Source of the DNA: Nemertoderma westbladi
Taxonomy: Eukaryota; Animalia; Xenacoelomorpha
Assembly (NCBI GenBank): GCA_032718475.1
Contig: JAUCBJ010001997.1
Location: forward strand, 1-38,696
DNA length: 38,696 nt
Direction: 5' to 3'
Shown here: one piece after another, positions 34,706 through 38,696 of the stretch
Layout: each line of letters opens with the position of its first letter
Numbering within the stretch: position 1 is the stretch's first letter
Notes under the pieces: model-generated
The model's input: only the letters and a program-made list of their open reading frames with translations
The model's database searches: none
Told to the model about the DNA's origin: nothing
Position numbers and translations under genes: made by a program

Positions 34706-35651
34706 CAGAAATTAGTATCCGGGTACTAAAATTAGTAACGGGTACTGAAATTAGTAACTGGGTACTAAAATTAGTAACCGGGGACTGAAAATAGTAACCG
34801 TGTACTGAAATTAGTAACCGGGGTCTGAAAATTGTAACCGGGGACTGAAATTAGTAACCAGGTACTGAAATTAGTAACCGGTAACTGAAAATAGCAACCG
34901 GATACTGAAATTAGTAACCGGGGACAGAAAATAGTAACCGGGGACTGAAATCAGTAACTGGGAACTGAAATTAGTAACTGGGTACTAAAATTAGTAATGG
35001 TGTACTGAAATTAGTAACTGTGTACTGAAATTAGTAACTGTGTACTGAAATTAGTAACTGAGTACTGAAATTAGTTACCGGGTACTGAAATTAGTAACTG
35101 GGTACTGAAATTAGTAACTGGTTACTGTAATTAGTAACTGGGTACTGCAATTAGTTACCGGGTACTGAAATTAGTAACTGTGTACTGAAATTAGTTAACG
35201 GGTACTGAAATTAGTAACTGGGTACTGAAATTAGTAACTGGGTACTGAAATTAGTAACTGGGTACTGAAATTAGTTACGGGTACTGAAATTAGTAACTGT
35301 GCACTGAAATTAATAACTGTTCACTGAAATTATTAACTAGGTACTGAAATTAGTTACCGGGTACTGAAATTAGTAACTGTGCACTGAAATTAGTAACTGT
35401 GTACTGAAATTAGTAACTGGGAACTGAACTTAGTAACTGTGTACTGAAATTAGCACCTGAGTACTGAAATTAGTTACCGGGTACTGAAATTAGTAACTGG
35501 GTACTGAAATTAGTTACCGGGTACTGAAATTAGTAACTGGGTACTGAAATTATTAACTGTGTACTGAAATTAGTAACTGTGTACTGAAATTAGTTACCGG
35601 GTACTGAAATTAGTAACTGGGTACTGAAATTAGTAACTGGGTACTGTAATT
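34706..35651. repeat. 20-bp satellite array, left part (about 47 units)
   Basis: Consensus GGTACTGAAATTAGTAACYG repeated in tandem. Confidence 0.97.
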
Positions 35652-37257
35652 TTTTTTTTTTTTGAAACCAATCCTCATTTTATTTACAGTAGTTAAAAAA
35701 CTTTCAAACGAACAATAGGACATGACATCGATATACACACGGATAAAATAAACCCACCACCAGCTGACTTGCTAATAGATAGTTTAAATATATATATTTT
35801 ATGGTTCCACCTCCGCATTCGCCATCACGATGGCTGCCTCAGCCCAAGTCACTTTGACTGGCCGCCTGGCTGCAGAGCGGCACCCACGTAAGCAGAGCAG
35901 CGCCGACCGAAGTAGAGCGAAGCTCAGGTTGCGCCTCACCCAGACAACGCACTCTGAGTACGGGACGCTTCGTTTGTCGCACAACTTCATCGACAGCCTC
36001 TTCACGAACTGGCTCGCCGATGGGCCCATGCCACCGTAAGCCGACAGGATGAAGGGAGTAAAGGTTGAATGTTCAACCTCCCTTAAACGTTCCTCATATT
36101 TGAGGACCTTGCGGTTCTCGTTGTGGCGGTAGACAGCGTCCGAATCCATGGAGACGTAGGAAGCTGCGAGAGGGTTGAAGACCGACACATCAATGAAAGT
36201 TCTTTGAAATCGGTTTCCCCAAAACCCACAAGCAGATACATCTAGACGGGCCAGCTGGTCAGTTGATGTTGAGCGATGAACGAAGGTCTCACCAGTGAGG
36301 GACTGGAGCATTGGCTCAACAGTTACACTATGGGCGACTTCTGAGAGAGTGGAGGCAATGAAATCTCTAATCTCATTGTGCCTAATAGAGGGAAATCCTC
36401 CTGTGGGACACGACAGAACATGAGTAACTGAAAATCGTGAACCACAAGCACATCGAGAAGGGAGATTTTTCGGGGTCCACCCATAACGAAGGCATACCGC
36501 GTCCCTAAACTCTTCTTTATTTAAATGCGTATCATGGAGAGTTAGTGGCTTACTGTTAAGCCATGTTGAAGCCCCCTTCTCCGCCGTTAACTCACGCAGT
36601 TTCCCCTGGCTCGGCGACACCTCCAGTGACACGATATCCACTTTCCTCTTCGAGGCTACCATGGTCTCAACCTTGACTTTGCTGGCAATGGAACGCTGCT
36701 CCGCCCGGACCTCCGCCATTGTTTCTAAGTTCTGATCAGCAAACGGCAGACACACCCGTCGAGAATTGGCGTACTGGGGAGCAAGATCATCCGGTGTTGG
36801 TATACCCAATCCACCCGCACGTACAGGTAATGACAGTAACAGGCGTTCTGTGGGTGACATCGCTGGGTGGTCCACGAGTCGCCTAAGGAACTCCTCTATT
36901 GAGTGCTCCAACTTGTCGTAGTGGGTGATAGCCCCTTGGACAACCCGAGAAAGAAATCTCCACCGACACGCTAGACCAAATACTAGGCCGGCATACGCAC
37001 AGTGGGGATCTATTGCTGTGATTTCGGCTAGCCGATGTACCTAATCCACAAACTCGTCCACCTTTCCATCAATATACTGGCCCTGGAACTCATCCGTACC
37101 AACGACACCCCCCAGCAGTTTGCTTCCTGCAGTACCAATTGTTATCTCCACTCCTTCAAAGATTCGTTGCGCTTCAGCTAGCTTCTCTGGTTTTACTGTT
37201 AGGATGCACTTCGTTGGATAATAGCCATAAATTATTAGATAAATTATTACATATTAG
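35652..37257 (-). mobile_element. 5'-truncated CRE-clade non-LTR retrotransposon (RT end, CCHC zinc knuckle, RLE endonuclease) with poly(A) tail
   Basis: GGLGI, FRDAVCLRYG, CACG..FSVTHVLSC, RHNEIRD, ARLDV..GFW...FIDVSVFNP, ENRKVLKYE, FTPFILSAYGGMG. The frame extends to about 37230 with one TAG at 37041-37043. Poly(T) on the plus strand at 35650-35663. TSD CTGTAATT at 35644-35651 and 37258-37265. Confidence 0.92.
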
Positions 37258-37680
37258 CTGTAATTAGTAACTGGGTACTGCAATTAGTAACCGGGTACTG
37301 AAATTAGTTACCGGGTACTGAAATTAGTAACCGGGTACTGAAATTAGTTACCGGGTACTGAAATTAGTAACTGGGTACTGAAATTAGTAACTGGGTACTG
37401 AAATTAGTAACCGGGTACTTAAATTAGCAACCGGCGACTGAAATTAGTAACAGGGTACTAAAAGTAAAATTAGTAATAACTGTGTACTGATATTAGTAAC
37501 CGGGTACTGAAATTAGTAACCAGGTACTGAAATTAGTTACCGGGTCACTGAAATTAGTAACCGGGTACTGAAATTAGTTACCGGGTACTGAAATTAGTAA
37601 CTGGGTACTGAAATTAGTAACCGGGTACTTAAATTAGTAACCGCGTACTGAAATTAGTTACCGGGTACTGAAATTAGTAT
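37258..37680. repeat. 20-bp satellite array, right part (about 21 units)
   Basis: Same consensus resumes after the insertion. Confidence 0.97.
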
Positions 37681-38140
37681 CATTTCATATTTTCATTCAT
37701 AATTAACGGTTCCCTAATTCGTAGGAATTAGAGATCCAGAGATCATCTTATCGGGGAGAATAATCATTCCAGAATCCGACAAGGTTGCACACAGTCGACC
37801 TGTCATTGTGTTTGTGAAAGTTATAAAGATAATAATAAATGATTGGCCAGAATGGATGGCTGCAAAAGAAATCATATCATATGTTTTCATAAGTTGTTGC
37901 ATTACTTGGATTCCTGTTAAAAAATTAAATATAGCATTAGTGGGAGCAAGGAATTTGGTGGTGGTGGGGAGAGAGAGAGAGGGGGGGGGGGGTCTGAATA
38001 ACTATGGTTTAATAATACTATAGTTCAGAGTTATAAAGGATGTCTATTAGGACGTAGTGGTCTGGCTAAGTGTTTGTAGTGCCATATCGTGTAACAATAT
38101 ATTAATGGAAATACAAGGGGTGGGGGTTGGTTATGAGGTT

Positions 38141-38178
38141 ATTAGTAACTGGGTACTGACATTAGTAACCGGGTACTC
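38141..38178. repeat. Orphan two-unit copy of the 20-bp satellite
   Basis: ATTAGTAACTGGGTACTGACATTAGTAACCGGGTACT. Confidence 0.85.
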
Positions 38179-38568
38179 AATACATGGACAATATCACTGG
38201 TCATAAACTGGTGAAAGTAATCCAATGGCTGGCTCCTTTACCTATATAACATTATCTTTGGCCTGAGTGAGAATCTTCTGTAACTGCCCAGTGTTGCACT
38301 GGTGCAACATGCGGTTTTTCAATGATATTATTCAAAATATCCATCTACAGGGGCCAAGCTTGGATATTTTGGAAACTACATACACTTGTCCAGTCAAAAA
38401 TATTTTTTTGGGGTCACTATCTTGATTCTGAGATCTGTTATTAACAACCAAAGACAGGATTTTGAGTTGAATTAGGATTAGAGTAAGCATGACTTGTGCT
38501 ACAATATAACTAGACCTACAGTAAGTAATATATTACATAATTTGATATACACAGTATATTAGAGACAG

Positions 38569-38696
38569 GAGGGGAATCTGGACGCAAAAAACGGCCTTGG
38601 AGAATTAATATCACGCCTCAATGTTGAATTCTCAATTTAGGGAAAGGAGCAGGTTACAGTGGCACGTTATTTTAACCAAAACTATTTACTAAACAC
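38569..38696. mobile_element. Left end of a TIR element related to 32915-33118, running off the window
   Basis: GAGGGGAATCTGGACGCAA terminus followed by about 95 bp matching 32920-33016. Confidence 0.6.

Noticed and set aside
34706-37680. CRISPR-like or telomeric array
   Set aside because: Units are contiguous with no unique spacers, there are no cas genes, and the context is eukaryotic and interstitial.

Overview
An AT-rich animal (probably invertebrate) genomic window made up almost entirely of transposable-element remains. It holds three RTE-type LINE 3' fragments with (TAG)n tails, a piggyBac-type MITE with a nested LINE and minisatellite, and a Crypton-like tyrosine-recombinase pseudogene with an apparent intron. 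There are two decayed hAT-superfamily transposons with TAGGGTG-type ends, CR1/L2-like, Penelope-like and Proto2/RTEX-like LINE remnants, tRNA-derived SINEs, Harbinger- and hAT-type MITEs, and a fibrinogen-domain pseudogene. Three things stand out. (1) A complete 5.4-kb LTR element (17977-23354, TSD TATAT, PPT present) has no pol and no tRNA primer-binding site. Its PBS position is a perfect 12-nt complement of a sequence in its own LTR, suggesting Tf1-like self-priming, and it carries about 2.2 kb of Ser-Asp-Ser-Glu-Pro repeat reading frame. (2) A CRE-clade RLE retrotransposon is inserted, with a diagnostic TSD, into a 20-bp satellite. (3) A phase-consistent spliced gene of unknown family (33991 to 31802, minus strand) appears only as three separate ORFs in the ORF track. 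All family names come from recalled motifs; no database search was run.
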